A stretch of 64,000 nt of DNA from Podarcis liolepis (Eukaryota), in assembly GCA_965112155.1 (NCBI GenBank), contig OZ218099.1; one strand, 5' to 3'. Every line of letters begins with the position of its first letter. Within the stretch, counting starts at the first letter, position 1. Positions 12,701-24,230 of the stretch are shown here, piece after piece. The notes below the pieces were generated by a model. That model was given only the letters and a program-made list of their open reading frames with translations, was not told where the DNA came from and searched no databases. The position numbers and the translations under genes are program-made.

Positions 12701-15700
12701 AAACAGGGTGCTGCTGCCTAGTAATCAAGATCTCAGGTAGCATCAGCTTTATGCTCATGCATTCCTGCACTGGAGATTCTGAGAGCTTGTGACCATGTTG
12801 TATGGATTCCTTGTAAGATTGCTATTAGCGATTGGGGCCTTAGTACAGTGAGAAACTTTCTGTGTTTCCTCATTGGCAAAATAAATGCAAATATTCAGAT
12901 ATTCCTGTCTCCAAATGTGCAGTCACTCTAGACCTAACAGAGTGTTGAGAAGCATGCTAGCTTCGGGCATGAAGGACCCAGACCTGGAACCTGTTCAGCC
13001 TTTAAATTAAATGGGTGGCTTATCAGATATAAGTGAGATAAGTAGTTCATTTTGTGTGTGTGTTTTGAAAAGCACTGCAGAAATAAATAAGAAGGTTGTA
13101 AGAGGTGCATGACTGGTTGCTAATTACTTGCCTTTGAGTGTAAAGCATTCTCTGTGCATGTTGATTTGTCTTTTGCAGCCTCTCGTGCTGACCCCGTGCG
13201 GGATATTCGGTGTGAGTTTTGTGGTGAGTTTTTTGAGAACCGGAAGGGGCTCTCCAGCCATGCCAGATCTCACTTGCGCCAGATGGGAGTAACTGAGTGG
13301 TCAGTCAATGGCTCCCCCATCGACACGCTACGGGAAATCATAAAGAAAAAGAACAAGCCGTGCTTGATCAAGAAAGAGCCAAACACAATGAGCATTGAGC
13401 TTCCGCAGCCCATGGGGGAGGATGGAGCTGATCCTAAATCCCCTGGGAAAATGCTGCAGCCCATGGCCTTGTCCCCGCTGGGCGGGAGGACTGGGAAACC
13501 ACACCTTGGTCGGGAGGTTAGTCTATCACCACTCAAGTCACCAGAGGGCTTCTTGGCACCACTCTCCACTAAGCGCCCGCTGCCAGATGAGCGGCTGAGC
13601 GGCCACAGTGAAGTGAAGCAGAAAACCTACATCCAGACGGAATTGCCATTCAAAGCCAAGCATGTGCATGACAAGCCCACTCATACATGTAAGTGCAACC
13701 CCAGAATGGGAGAAGGGATAAGGTTGGGATCCTGATAAACCTTGGTATTCTATTTCAGGGCTTTCCCTTATGAAATTGTGTTGCTTTCAGGCTTGTTGGG
13801 GGTGGGAGGGTAGAAGCAACAGTGTACATATGGACCTTATATAAAAGGTATTCCACTACAGCCTTTAGAAAAACCTTTTGATGCGAGGCAGCGTCCTGAT
13901 AGGTAGGGTAGTGGGCTTAGAGTTAGCTAACAACCCTGGTGTAGTACGTTGCCTCTTCTCCTTCCCTGGTATCAGCTAGCCTTTATGCATCCTCTGGCTG
14001 GTAGAGTTATTTCATTATCTTTAGGGATTCAAACATTGGGCAAATCAGTAAATGGTGTAAACTTCCATGTCTTCAGCCATATGGCCAAAGTGGGCAAAGG
14101 TATGCATCTTGCCTATTTATGGGCAAAGGATTCTGGGGTTTGGTTTACTTGACTTGTGGACTACAGGTGATGGCAGTGCGTAGAAGTTTCAAAGTGGGCT
14201 TTTCAGGCTGTTGGTATCGATCCCTGAGGATCCTTTGTGGGGAAATACGAGTAGTGCCATGGAGCAAATAAGTCCTGGTACTCCACACTTGAACTGTTAC
14301 TGCTTAAGTCCTTTACTGAAGGTTTTGCTCAGTCTAGCTCCCTGCCATTTCTGCTCCCAGCCACCGAAGCCTGCTGTGAACTGTGTGGCCTCTACTTTGA
14401 GAACCGCAAGGCGCTGGCCAGCCATGCTCGTGCGCACCTCAGGCAGTTTGGAGTGACTGAATGGTGTGTGAACGGCTCCCCAATCGAGACTTTGAGTGAG
14501 TGGATCAAGCATCGTCCCCAGAAAGCCGGAGCCTATCGCAGCTACATCCAAGGCGGGCGGCCCTTCACCAAAAAGTTCCGCAATGCATCTCACATGCGCG
14601 ACAACGATGCTTCTGGGAAGAGGGCTCCCCTGAGCCTGCAGGCAGGCAGCCCTCCACTGGCGAACAGAAGCCTCGGTGGAGAGATAGTGCCCAGTGAGCC
14701 TAGCAAAGCTGTGGATGGTGGCAGTGGCAGTGGCGGCAATGGGGGTGATCGACCTGCAGTCACGTCACCTCTGTCGCTGGTAAAGATGGAGGAGCATCAG
14801 CAGCATAACATAAACAGTGAGTCATTTCTTTTTCAACACAGGGCCCATCTGGGTACAAGGCTTTCTGGGCAGTCGGGAGGCCTTCTTGAAGCGGCGGCTG
14901 TATCTTCCTGGGGGGTAGGAGTGGTGGCAGTGAATGTTCAGGCACCAATCTAATTTCTCAGTGTTCCCAAATTATTCATTGGCCCCAATGCTTTGGGTAG
15001 CTTCAGCTAAGGGCCTCAGAGAAATTCCTCAACAGACTGGCATGTAAAGATCTTAGTCATGGGGAGATGCTTAGCATGACAGTGCTATTCCTGTAGCTTC
15101 CCCACTCTACCGCATGACTTCTAGACTTTCTCCTGCCCCACCTTTCTTTTTTTCATAAAAATGTTTTTCACAAAGTTCCTTTTTCATTCCAAATACAGCA
15201 CAGCCAATGCTGTTTCTATATCCCAGCATCCTTTCCGAAACAAATTTCCCCCCCTGTTTACTAGAGTTTGAACGGAGGCAGGCCAAGCCCGTTGAGGCTC
15301 CTCCACCTCGAGAAGAGGAGATTGCTGATCTGCAGCAGAAGGTTGAAGAGGTCCGCCAGCCACCTCCCAGAGTGAGACCTGTGCCCTCCTTGGTTCCTAG
15401 GCCACCACAGACCTCCTTGGTGAAGTTTGTGGGCAACATCTACACGCTGAAGTGCAGGTTTGTGCCATTGTTCCATTTTGCTAATCCCCCTTTCTGCAGT
15501 GAAATTTGAATGGCTTTATAGTGTGGGCAGTTTGCTCTTAAACCTGTTATAGGCAACAATCTTCTTGTAGCAGGCCTCTTGGAGGCAGGGCAAGAGATGG
15601 GCAGGCAACCTCAATTCCCACACACCCCTTTCCCACATTCTACTTTTGGGGGGTTTCCCTATGCGCTTCGAGATGAGCAAATCTTCAGCTTGGTTCAAAT

Positions 15701-15882
15701 AGACTTTTGTGTTCTCTTTGTGCAGGTTCTGCGAAGTGGAGTTCCAGGGGCCCCTCTCCATCCAAGAGGAGTGGGTGCGGCACCTCCAGCGCCACATCTT
15801 GGAGACTAACTTCTCCAAGGCCGATGCTTTGCGAAGTGGGACCGATGTGCCTGCGGCACCACCTGTAGCCGAGGCCCAGTAG
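3091..15882 (+). CDS. WIZ: WIZ (widely interspaced zinc finger), spliced CDS of the short isoform, ~1033 aa
   Basis: join(3091-3190,5261-5428,6818-7324,10028-10510,12054-12581,13179-13688,14361-14816,15265-15457,15726-15882) = 3102 nt, open frame, all GT-AG. Repeated CxxC..RKGLSSHARxHLR fingers and the C-terminal [42 protein letters not shown] match WIZ as I recall it. Long-isoform 5' exons are presumably upstream of the window. Confidence 0.95.
4240..4435 (-). mobile_element. MIR/CORE-like SINE relic
   Basis: tttatttatt tail followed by gtgactggcccaaaatcactgg...aatttgaatcagagcctcc, resembling the MIR-type core in reverse. Confidence 0.55.
5261..5428 (+). CDS. WIZ: WIZ exon (VMASEEEEEMVTAEMGSPAL...DSK)
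   Basis: Acceptor ttttggtag, donor A|gtgagt; 168 nt, phase 1-1. Confidence 0.85.
6075..6350 (-). mobile_element. L2-like LINE 3' end relic
   Basis: attattta...ttttaccctactct...aaggctcacagcttaca resembles the reverse complement of an L2-type 3' terminus. Confidence 0.35.
6818..7324 (+). CDS. WIZ: WIZ zinc finger exon (CEVCGVCFETRKGLSSHARSH ... GPLNL)
   Basis: Acceptor ctctttccag, donor A|gtgagt; 507 nt, phase 1-1. Confidence 0.95.
10028..10510 (+). CDS. WIZ: WIZ zinc finger exon (CQLCGAWFETRKGLSSHARAH ... APLNL)
   Basis: Acceptor tttttccgcag, donor T|gtaggt; 483 nt, phase 1-1. Confidence 0.93.
12054..12581 (+). CDS. WIZ: WIZ zinc finger exon (CEFCGEYFENRKGLSSHARSH ... SPLNL)
   Basis: Long polypyrimidine tract + cag, donor T|gtaagt; 528 nt, phase 1-1. 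Confidence 0.95.
13179..13688 (+). CDS. WIZ: WIZ zinc finger exon (CEFCGEFFENRKGLSSHARSH ... YIQTELPFK)
   Basis: Acceptor cttttgcag, donor T|gtaagt; 510 nt, phase 1-1. Confidence 0.95.
14361..14816 (+). CDS. WIZ: WIZ zinc finger exon (CELCGLYFENRKALASHARAH ...)
   Basis: Acceptor ttctgctcccag, donor A|gtgagt; 456 nt, phase 1-1. Confidence 0.95.
15265..15457 (+). CDS. WIZ: WIZ penultimate exon (KFERRQ...[12 protein letters not shown])
   Basis: Acceptor tttactag, donor AG|gtttgt; 193 nt, phase 1-2. Confidence 0.95.
15726..15882 (+). CDS. WIZ: WIZ last coding exon (C-terminal zinc finger, stop TAG)
   Basis: Acceptor ctctttgtgcag; reads [31 protein letters not shown]...AEAQ*. Confidence 0.95.
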
Positions 15883-18800
15883 CAAAGCTCTTAGGAAGCA
15901 CCAGCATTCCAGGGTTTCTCTCTTACCTTTCCAAATGAACAAGATTAATGGTTATCAGAAGGGGGGTGAAAGCAGTATTTGACACCCCCCCACCCCCACC
16001 CCGTGCTCCACAGCTTTGTCCGCCTGTAGACTTAACTTGGATTTTGGGTGGGGCGGAGAGTTCGCAGGAACAGTCCCAGAGTTTGAGCACTAAATTAACA
16101 ATGCTGTTTTTAATGGAGATGCTCCTTATTGATGGAAATGGTATTCCAAACTGGAGCTCGCTTTTATCTGCACAAAAGTAAAACGGAAATTTTCTTGTCC
16201 TTCAAGTGAATGCAGGTTTCTCCAAAGACACACACTTGTTACAGGGAGGAAACATGGACTTGCTCTGTTGCAGTTCAGGCTGTGAGAGATGTGATGGTGA
16301 GAATTGTGAATATGAGGTTCTAGTGAAAGTTGTGAACATGAGGATTTGTTTGAGGTCAGACACAAGCAAGTTGGGAGGGTAGACACAGAGCACTTTGTTC
16401 TGTGGGGAAAGCTGTTGATTCTGTATGTGACTCTAGAGTTAATGTATGTTTGACTCCTTAGGTGACAAGTCTTTAGTTTCTGTAGACGTTGGATCCTGTT
16501 GTGCATGTTCACGTTCCCTAACTGTGTAATGGAGGGCCTCAGTCCCACCTGCATTGAAGGGGAAATCATGGACTCTTTGACCCATATACATTTCCCCTTT
16601 ACATAACTTCCCAATGTCACCTGGTTATCCCCATCTGTTTCATGTGGGACCCTGTAGGGAATTCAGCTCTGCCACATTATGGCAAAGAGAGTTTGGCAAA
16701 GGAATATGGATTTTTCCTGTCTTTAGCCTTGGGCTGAAGAAAGGGTAATGATGTCCCATAGATAACCTCTGCCTGAAATCAGGGATGACATGTCCTTCTG
16801 GACAAGCAAGTCCTTTCCAAGGGTACCTGAAGAGTTTGGACTTCTTGCGGGTGGAGGGGTCTCTATGTTTCTCCTTTTTTAGCAAGAACTTGGTGCAGTT
16901 CCCAAACCAGCAACAGTAGGTCCTACTGGAATTTCTGCTTTCCTGTTATTTCTCACTGTTGCTGTCCTCGTCTCTCTTCATAGAACCTCAACTTTTTAAA
17001 CTCTAGTTTTGTGTAGAAATAACAAGCATTCATTTTTATTTGGATCCCAGGCTGAGCAGAGTCTGGAGGCAAATTACCTTTTAACTTTTTCAATGGGCAT
17101 ATTCTGGTTATTACTGTACCTAGGAATATGTATATTAGATTAAACCTGTTCTGGAAACAAAAGGAGAATCCTGAGTGTGTGCTTTTCTGGTTGTATACTT
17201 ACGTGGAAGGTGGAGAATGTGTTGTGGTTTCTATAGAGAGGTGTCCCAAGAGCTGCCAGTGGATGTGGAAGCTGTTTCCTGGAGAAACCTTAGGCTCTAT
17301 CACTCCAGGATAAACTGAAACTACCAGACTCACTGTCTTGGTAAGGTGTACTTTAAAAGTGTATTGGTGTATAAGCTTTTTTAAAAAATTGCTTTAATTT
17401 TCCCGATGTTGAATGTATTTCCCACATCTCACCTCGACTCTGGCAATACAGTCTGAGACCCAACCCATACAGGTCTTACGTAGAACAGGTACTGAAATCC
17501 TTGTATCAAAGTGTGCCATCACTGTTGCGGGCGCCTATTCTGCCCTGTACAACTTCTTCCTCTGTTTCTGATTTTTAAAACAATTTCTTTTTATTTGCTT
17601 TGGTCTCCCATAGCAGGCTGAGCAGCAGTCATGTTATGAAACCAAAGTCACAACCCTAAGCTTTTTTTTTATTCAGCACCTATAATACAGAAGAATGTCC
17701 CAGCACAAGACAGTGTAACTGCATCACCATTTGTCGCACTGGGTTCCTGTTAGACCAAAGCAGGGGTTTAAACCTTGATTTCAGTCCAGGCATTCAGTAT
17801 AAAGGTATGTGGAAATCCTGCAGCACAGAATGATGCATTGGTGAGCAAATTCCTCACCATATATAACTGGGCCAGTTTCCAGAGCAGGGACTAATATGAC
17901 AATATAGTTCCAAATATTACAGAACTCCCTGTGCTAAGAGCTGCCTTCCCAGAACTGTGTGTGGAGGGTGTTATTACACCTGTCACTACTTTAAATTAAG
18001 GGGTAGCAATAGCACCATAGCTTTCCAGCTAGCTTCATTCTGACTGTCTTGAAAAATGGAAGGAGAAGTGAGTAGCACAGTGTGTCTTGCATGCAACCAT
18101 CCCTATTGCTTTCTTTTAATCAAAGGCCATGAAGGATGCATGCATGGTTGATTCTGCCTTGTTTCCATTCCCTCTCCCATCTGAGATGTGTTCTTCCTTA
18201 GCATCATATCTGATTGAAAAGTATTGCATAAGAGTGGTAGCAGGGAAATGCTGCTTGGCAGCTACCATGTGCCAAATACTATCCATGTTCCCCCTGTTTA
18301 TTAACTTACCAGGAAAGCATTACACCTCTGCCTTTCATTGTACAGTGGTTTTCACTTCTAAGTGCATTAAAGGCAACTGAAAGCACCTAGCTTAAATAAT
18401 TGGTTGCTTGGTTCAAATCAATTTGTATAATCCAGCTCTCCCCTTAGGATTGTCAGAGTGCTACAGTGCCCTTGGTCACCCCAACAGACAGATTCGCCTC
18501 TAAGGCAGTCTAGTGACAGCGTCCATTAGCCATCTTGTCTGCTGACCAGGCTGCGTAGTACACCTGTCTCCACCCCCTCCTGATCTGAGATACCGTCCCT
18601 CCTGCATACAACTCCTGATCCTAAACATTGTGAAATTTGAATTTGAGTTCCCTCTATGATTGGACCTTTGTGTGTTAAGTTCATGTCTCATCTCAAGTCA
18701 CTTAGCCTTCCTTCAAGTTCTTCATTGTCATTCACTTCCAACTCTGAGGCTTACCTTCAGCATTGTAGCCTCAGGCCTCCCTGTTCCTCAGATTTCTTGT

Positions 18801-19432
18801 ATCTTGGGACTTCTGCTACCACCTGTCCCTAAGGGAGGTTCTACTCTCCTCCAAACTGACAACATCCCCCTTCCTCACAGAAGTAGCAATGCAAGCTGTT
18901 TGGTTCCTTGAACAACTTGAATTGTATGCTGCCACATTAACCCAACCAATTAATGCCAGAGGTTTCACTGTCTAAAGCACAATACAATTAGTTTGGTTAA
19001 GCAGTTGCAGTATTTTTAATCTACTGATAGGTTCCCCAGTAAATTGGTTAGCAGACTGTAAGGGGAAAAGCAATACTTTTAATAATTAGCTTAGAACTGC
19101 AGGCAGCAAGCACCATTTTATAAGAAGCATTCTCCCTTATGACCAGAAAGAATGCTTCTTTTAAGATGTTTGATATCATGTATGTGTGCATCATCTTTAA
19201 AACAAAGCATGCCTTTTGCTTCAGGGATATTGTTTTTACAAATATGCAAATTTTCATTAATTGATTTAATCAAGTAAAACTTGTATAGCCAATTAGTTTA
19301 CATTTATTTAATTGGGTTGCATTTGCAACTTTGGAATCTTTCAAATTGATTCCTCCCTTTTGCCAGTACTCTTGATATTCTTTTTTTGGAGTTGAGCCAA
19401 CTACGTGTTCCTTTGAAAGGGCCTGCCTCACT

Positions 19433-19438
19433 AATAAA
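19433..19438 (+). terminator. Candidate WIZ polyadenylation signal AATAAA
   Basis: First canonical AATAAA I see after the WIZ stop. ATTAAA near 18366 is an alternative; usage cannot be established from sequence alone. Confidence 0.3.
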
Positions 19439-19934
19439 GTTTGATGTTCCAGTAGGAAAAGATCTTATTCCTGTTAGAGGGTGGGGTTTTTTGGTAATTA
19501 TTATACAAGCTGGCCTTTATTATGTTTGCTCCAGGAGGCATTGCATTCAACCTTTTATCACATTATCTGTAGATGGGAATAAAACTCTTGAATGCCTTAT
19601 CTTAAAGGGGCAAAGCCCATAAATTATGCAGATTTAAATAGTTGAGAAGGGAGATCACAGGGAAATATGGAATTTTCTGTGAGACAGTTCAGGACCACAT
19701 TTTTTTCTGAAAAGGCTGAGTCTGCGCTACTTACAGGTGTGGGGCCAGAGAAGTTACAGCATTATGTTTGTTTAGCCAGGGAGCAGTATGCTCATTCTGT
19801 CCCTGCAATCAGATATTGATATAGCCTGTTTCAGACCATTTCCGATGGGTCTTTAATAACAATTTCACCCTCAATTGCACCGTAAAATGTTGGACATGAT
19901 GTTTCCATTTTCTCCAATCTTCAAACAAAGGAAC

Positions 19935-20045
19935 AGACATAGGAAACTGACTTAGACTGAGACCATCTAGCTCAGTAGTGTTGTCTACCAGGAGAAACTT
20001 GGAACCTTTTGCAGGCAAAGCAGATACTCTACCACAAGCTAACGT
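19935..20045 (-). mobile_element. tRNA-derived SINE relic (internally deleted)
   Basis: ttggaaccttttgcaggcaaagcagatactctaccacaagcta is the reverse of a tRNA-like head (A/B boxes); related copies at ~48850 and ~54350. Confidence 0.55.
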
Positions 20046-22659
20046 TGTGATACGAATGTTGCGTTTTTTCTCATCTTGTTAAATGAAGTAAAAACAAGGG
20101 TGTTAACTGAGGTAGAGACAATGTTAATATCACACTCTAGCAACTTACATGATTAGCTATACTTGGAAATCAAACTCCTTAATGAGTCTGTGGCAAGGTC
20201 TTGGTTTTTTGCTAAGGCTTGTACTTTATCAGAAATCTGAGAATATCCCTTCCCAGTTGTCCTGATGGAGATAAAGATCTTCAGTGAGCCCTTAGCTTAA
20301 GCCCTCTTCAACACTAAAGGACCCACATACTCAAGAGGCTCTGCTCTTCTTTGGGTGCAGGAAATTTCACCAAGGATGCCAGACTCCTGGAACAGTAGAG
20401 TACTTCACCTGGGAGAAAAATTCCTTGTAGGCTGAAGCTAGAGGCTCGTAGACACAATACTGTACAAATTTCTGCTATAATCTACATTAATGGAATAAAA
20501 GATGAACATAAACCAAGGGACTAGGAATGACTTGCTTGGTCTCCTCCACTGGAGTCAGGCCATTATGGCATTTGCAGCAGCTCTGAGACCCTGCAGGAGA
20601 AAGATGAAACAAAAGCCTGTTCATACTAACAGAGCCATGAGGCAGGAGATCTTGCAACAGCTTAAACATAGGCCAATTTGTTTTTAAAGCTTTAGGAATT
20701 ACTATTTTCTTCAGCATACCAAGGACAATAGAAGGGTTGAGTGAATAAAATAGTTTCAAACAATTTAAGGCTATGCATAAATTTGTTAGTTCACTGTTGA
20801 TACTTGGCTGTACAGAAGAGGATGAAGTTGGGTTTTGTAGAAAAGAGTTGAAATTGGCACAGCCTACTAAAATACAAGGTAAAGGTGCTAGCATGCATGA
20901 TTAGAATTGTGTTCCAGCAGTGGTGCCAATCTAGTAATGTAAAACAAATATCAGAGTCTAGGCCGAAAGGATTAAAGTCAGGAAATCTGCCCTTAGAGAA
21001 AGCCACCAGTAGACTGATAATGTAAGTAAAGCAGGATTTTGTTTAGAAACAAAATACCAGTATCTGAGAGATTGTTTCATACTATGGATCAAGCCTAGAG
21101 CATACTCAGAAGTTTGAGATCATAAGCAGGGCAACAGCTCAAATCATGCCATGCCAACTAATGGATTCTTGGAAAGTCATGATCTAGAGTTTGTTACTTA
21201 CCCAGGGCTGCTTAATAGTGCCTACAAAAGTGCCTTGCTATGAGTATTAGCATCATGTGGTAGATGTTTTATTCTTGCCCTCAGCATTATTCTGTATGTG
21301 CAAGCTGGTGCGAATGAGACACTGGTAAAAGTCTATCTATTCAATTTGTCCTTTTTTAATAACAAGTGACTGTAAGCAGAATAACTATTTTTCCCTGTGG
21401 CAACATTCATAAATCAAATTGCACCATCAAGCAGTTATCCACTTTGTAGCTTAATCTTTTGTCAGTTCCTTTATTCTGACCTTCTGGTGTCCAATTTTTG
21501 AGTTTATGAAGCAAACCTAGTAACTATATTTTGAATGTCTAATCCAAGAAGCTGAGATGGTTCCAGTACTAGCTATGAAGCACCAAGCATTTTCAAATAT
21601 GGTGGCAAAAAGGAATCCTCTCTGGTTTAGCTAAGTCCATAGCATTTTAGCTTTAGATGTTTATTAGCAATTGGAAATCCAGCTGTTATGCAAATATTAC
21701 TTTTAATTATCAAATATTTATGGGTTAGAATCAGAGTTAGAGGAGACTATCTCTCTGTTCTTCATATTTCTCTGAAAATTAAAAGGCAGACACTTTGCCA
21801 AGGGCTTATGTTCAAGATAAAGTACAGTACTGATTGACTAGGTGTCGGTTCTAATTCAGAATAATCGGACATGGTGTAATATACATTATCAAAGGTGATA
21901 AGTGTTCAAAACACTTGGTTTCAGTAATGTGGTAATCTTGCAAGATAGGCTGATATTCATATATTACAACTGTAGCTCTGAGGTGAAGCAAGAGCCAAGG
22001 AGTGAATTTATGGCTGAGGTGAGAAACAACTGTGATATTGCAGCTTGCCGCTCACGGCTTCAGGCAACTCACTTTCCATTTGAATCTTGTTCAAACCAGA
22101 ATCTCTCTTCAAATGGTTTCTCTTCTAGAAAAGAATACTGCATTGCAGCAACCATAACTTAAAAGTGTAATGAGATGGTGGCAAGAGGACTTTTACCTAA
22201 CCTCTAATATATAACCTTCATGGAAGAAACTGCCCAAGCATTGCCTATATTCAAGGTGTTTGGTATTCTGAACCTCATCAGTGAAGAAGCACCAGCTTCC
22301 ACGCTGGTTTGCATAGCTTTGGGTACTGGTTTGCATAGCTCTGTTTTTACCACCTTTTCAGCAGCTTTAGCCCTGCCTTCACATCCCGTTAGTGTATGTC
22401 AGTTTGGTTCAGTTTGATACGATGCAGGTGGTTGCACTGGCTCCACCAGTTGCATTGGCGGGATGTCAAGTCATTATTATTTTGTGTGGGTGAGAGGGAA
22501 ATCTGACCTGATCTTTCTTTATTTCTATTTAGAAGAAACCGTTTATGTGCTCGATCGTACACTGATGTTTTTCGCTGAGGAGCACAATTGCTACATCAAA
22601 CTTTACATTTGGGGAAGCAGGCTACACCATGGTGTTGTGCCCCTCTTTGCTCTGTCCCC

Positions 22660-24230
22660 CTCATAAGGGACACGCCGCCATAGCAGTTCAGGCAACTGAC
22701 ACTCGAGCTGTCCTGCCCCCTCGGTATTTAAATTCCGATGCCGCAGCTTGAAGACGTGGGGAGGGGAGACTATTAATAACAAGGCGCTGTAAAATGGTAG
22801 TCGTTGTACCTCCTGAGCTTCCGTAGCCCGTCAGATTCGGAAGAAGTTGAATTCCTTCCAGTTTATCTCGTTGATTATTTTCCCCGCCCTCAGTCCACCC
22901 CCCTCCCCCGCGAGATAGAGACGAACTAAGCTTCTCTCTCTCTGACCAATAGGAGCAGCTGGTTGGTCCCGCCTCCTGAAAGGTGCGCAACAAGAGAAAG
23001 CGGACGCGCTGCATACTTGGGGACAATGAGTACAAATTAGTGCCCGCCGTTGCGCCGCTCCTCATGAGTGATAACCGCTTAGATCCAATGACCTCTTGGA
23101 AATCTCTAGCCGGTGCTGTTATTCGCTGACGGAACATGATTGGCATCCGCAATTGCCTTATAGGTTAACCGAAGTGGTTCTGATCGATGCCTCCCGCCTC
23201 TAATGAAATACGAGGGCTCAAGGCCTCTGTTCCCAATAGCGTGCGAGGGGGGCGGGACTAACCGCAGTTACCGCCAATGGCTTACCGGCTAGGTGAGCGA
23301 GCGCGGCCAACAGTGTCGGGAGGCGGGGCTAGCGAGCTGCCGTTGCCGTCTGGCGCAGGAGGTAACGGGTGTGAGGAGTGTGGTTTTGTAGTGGAGCCTC
23401 CACCGCCATCATGAGCTATTCAGGTGAGCGTCGGGGGCCGGGTGAGGGGGGGAGAGAGGGCGGCCGCCTGTCGGGCGTGCGGGTGGGGGGCCGGGTTCCT
23501 CCCACCCACCGCGAGTGGGCCAAAGGGAGCGCAGGGCCCGGCCCTATGTCAACATCTCGGGGGTGGGGTCAGCAGCGCTGCCTTTCCCTTCTCTCCTGGC
23601 AACGCTGTGGTGACCCCCGTTCCCCGCGGGGGTGGGTTGCTGAGGTGTTTGCCAGGCGTCGTTTTCCCGTTGCTCCCGCCAAATAAAGAAATGGCGCGTG
23701 GGGGGCGGGGAGGTTCTTGGACGGTTTCAGGCTGTGCGCGCAGGGTGCGCCGCCCTCCTCAGCCGCCCGCCCCTCGTTGTGCGAATGGGATCGGGGAAAG
23801 GTGAATGTCAGCATTGCTCCTCTGCGCCCGCCGCCTCAGAATCGGGGTGGGAGGGAAGGAAGGAGGGATGAATCTTTGCGTCTCTGCCGTCTTTGCACAC
23901 GCGCACCCCACTGCTTGGTATCTGCGAGCGGTTATAATAGGAGTGGGTGTGGGAAGGTGGCGCAGGAAGGGAAAAAAAAGGGGGGGAACCTTCCCCCGTG
24001 TCCGATCGGTTATGGCTTCCCTTGAAATAACTGCCATTGTTTCCCCCCTGCTGAACCACCACTTTGGGATTTAGAAAGGCTATTTGCCAAAGAGGAGTTG
24101 CTTTCTAAATAAAATAAAATAAAAACGCGAACGTGGCATGTCCACTTGAATCCTAGCTGCCCGCTATTCGTTTAGGTTTATGCATGCGCGATGTTATACG
24201 GTTATCTGAACTTGCGGTGTCAACATTTGC
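22660..24230 (+). promoter_or_regulatory. CpG island promoter of AKAP8L
   Basis: CpG-dense. CCAAT boxes near 22945, 23085, 23140 (reverse), 23233 and 23274; GC boxes near 22882, 23248 and 23322; surrounds the ATG at 23411. Confidence 0.88.
23411..23423 (+). CDS. AKAP8L: AKAP8L exon 1 coding part (MSYS)
   Basis: gccatcATG AGC TAT TCA G|gtgagc. Confidence 0.88.

Noticed and set aside
20487-21006. Minus-strand ORFs with PCILVG..NFN, reminiscent of a LINE AP-endonuclease motif
   Set aside because: Too degenerate to call without a search; no TSD or other domain visible.
22688-24074. Multiple ORFs around the AKAP8L promoter as a divergent gene
   Set aside because: CpG-island artefacts with no recognisable protein similarity or exon chain.
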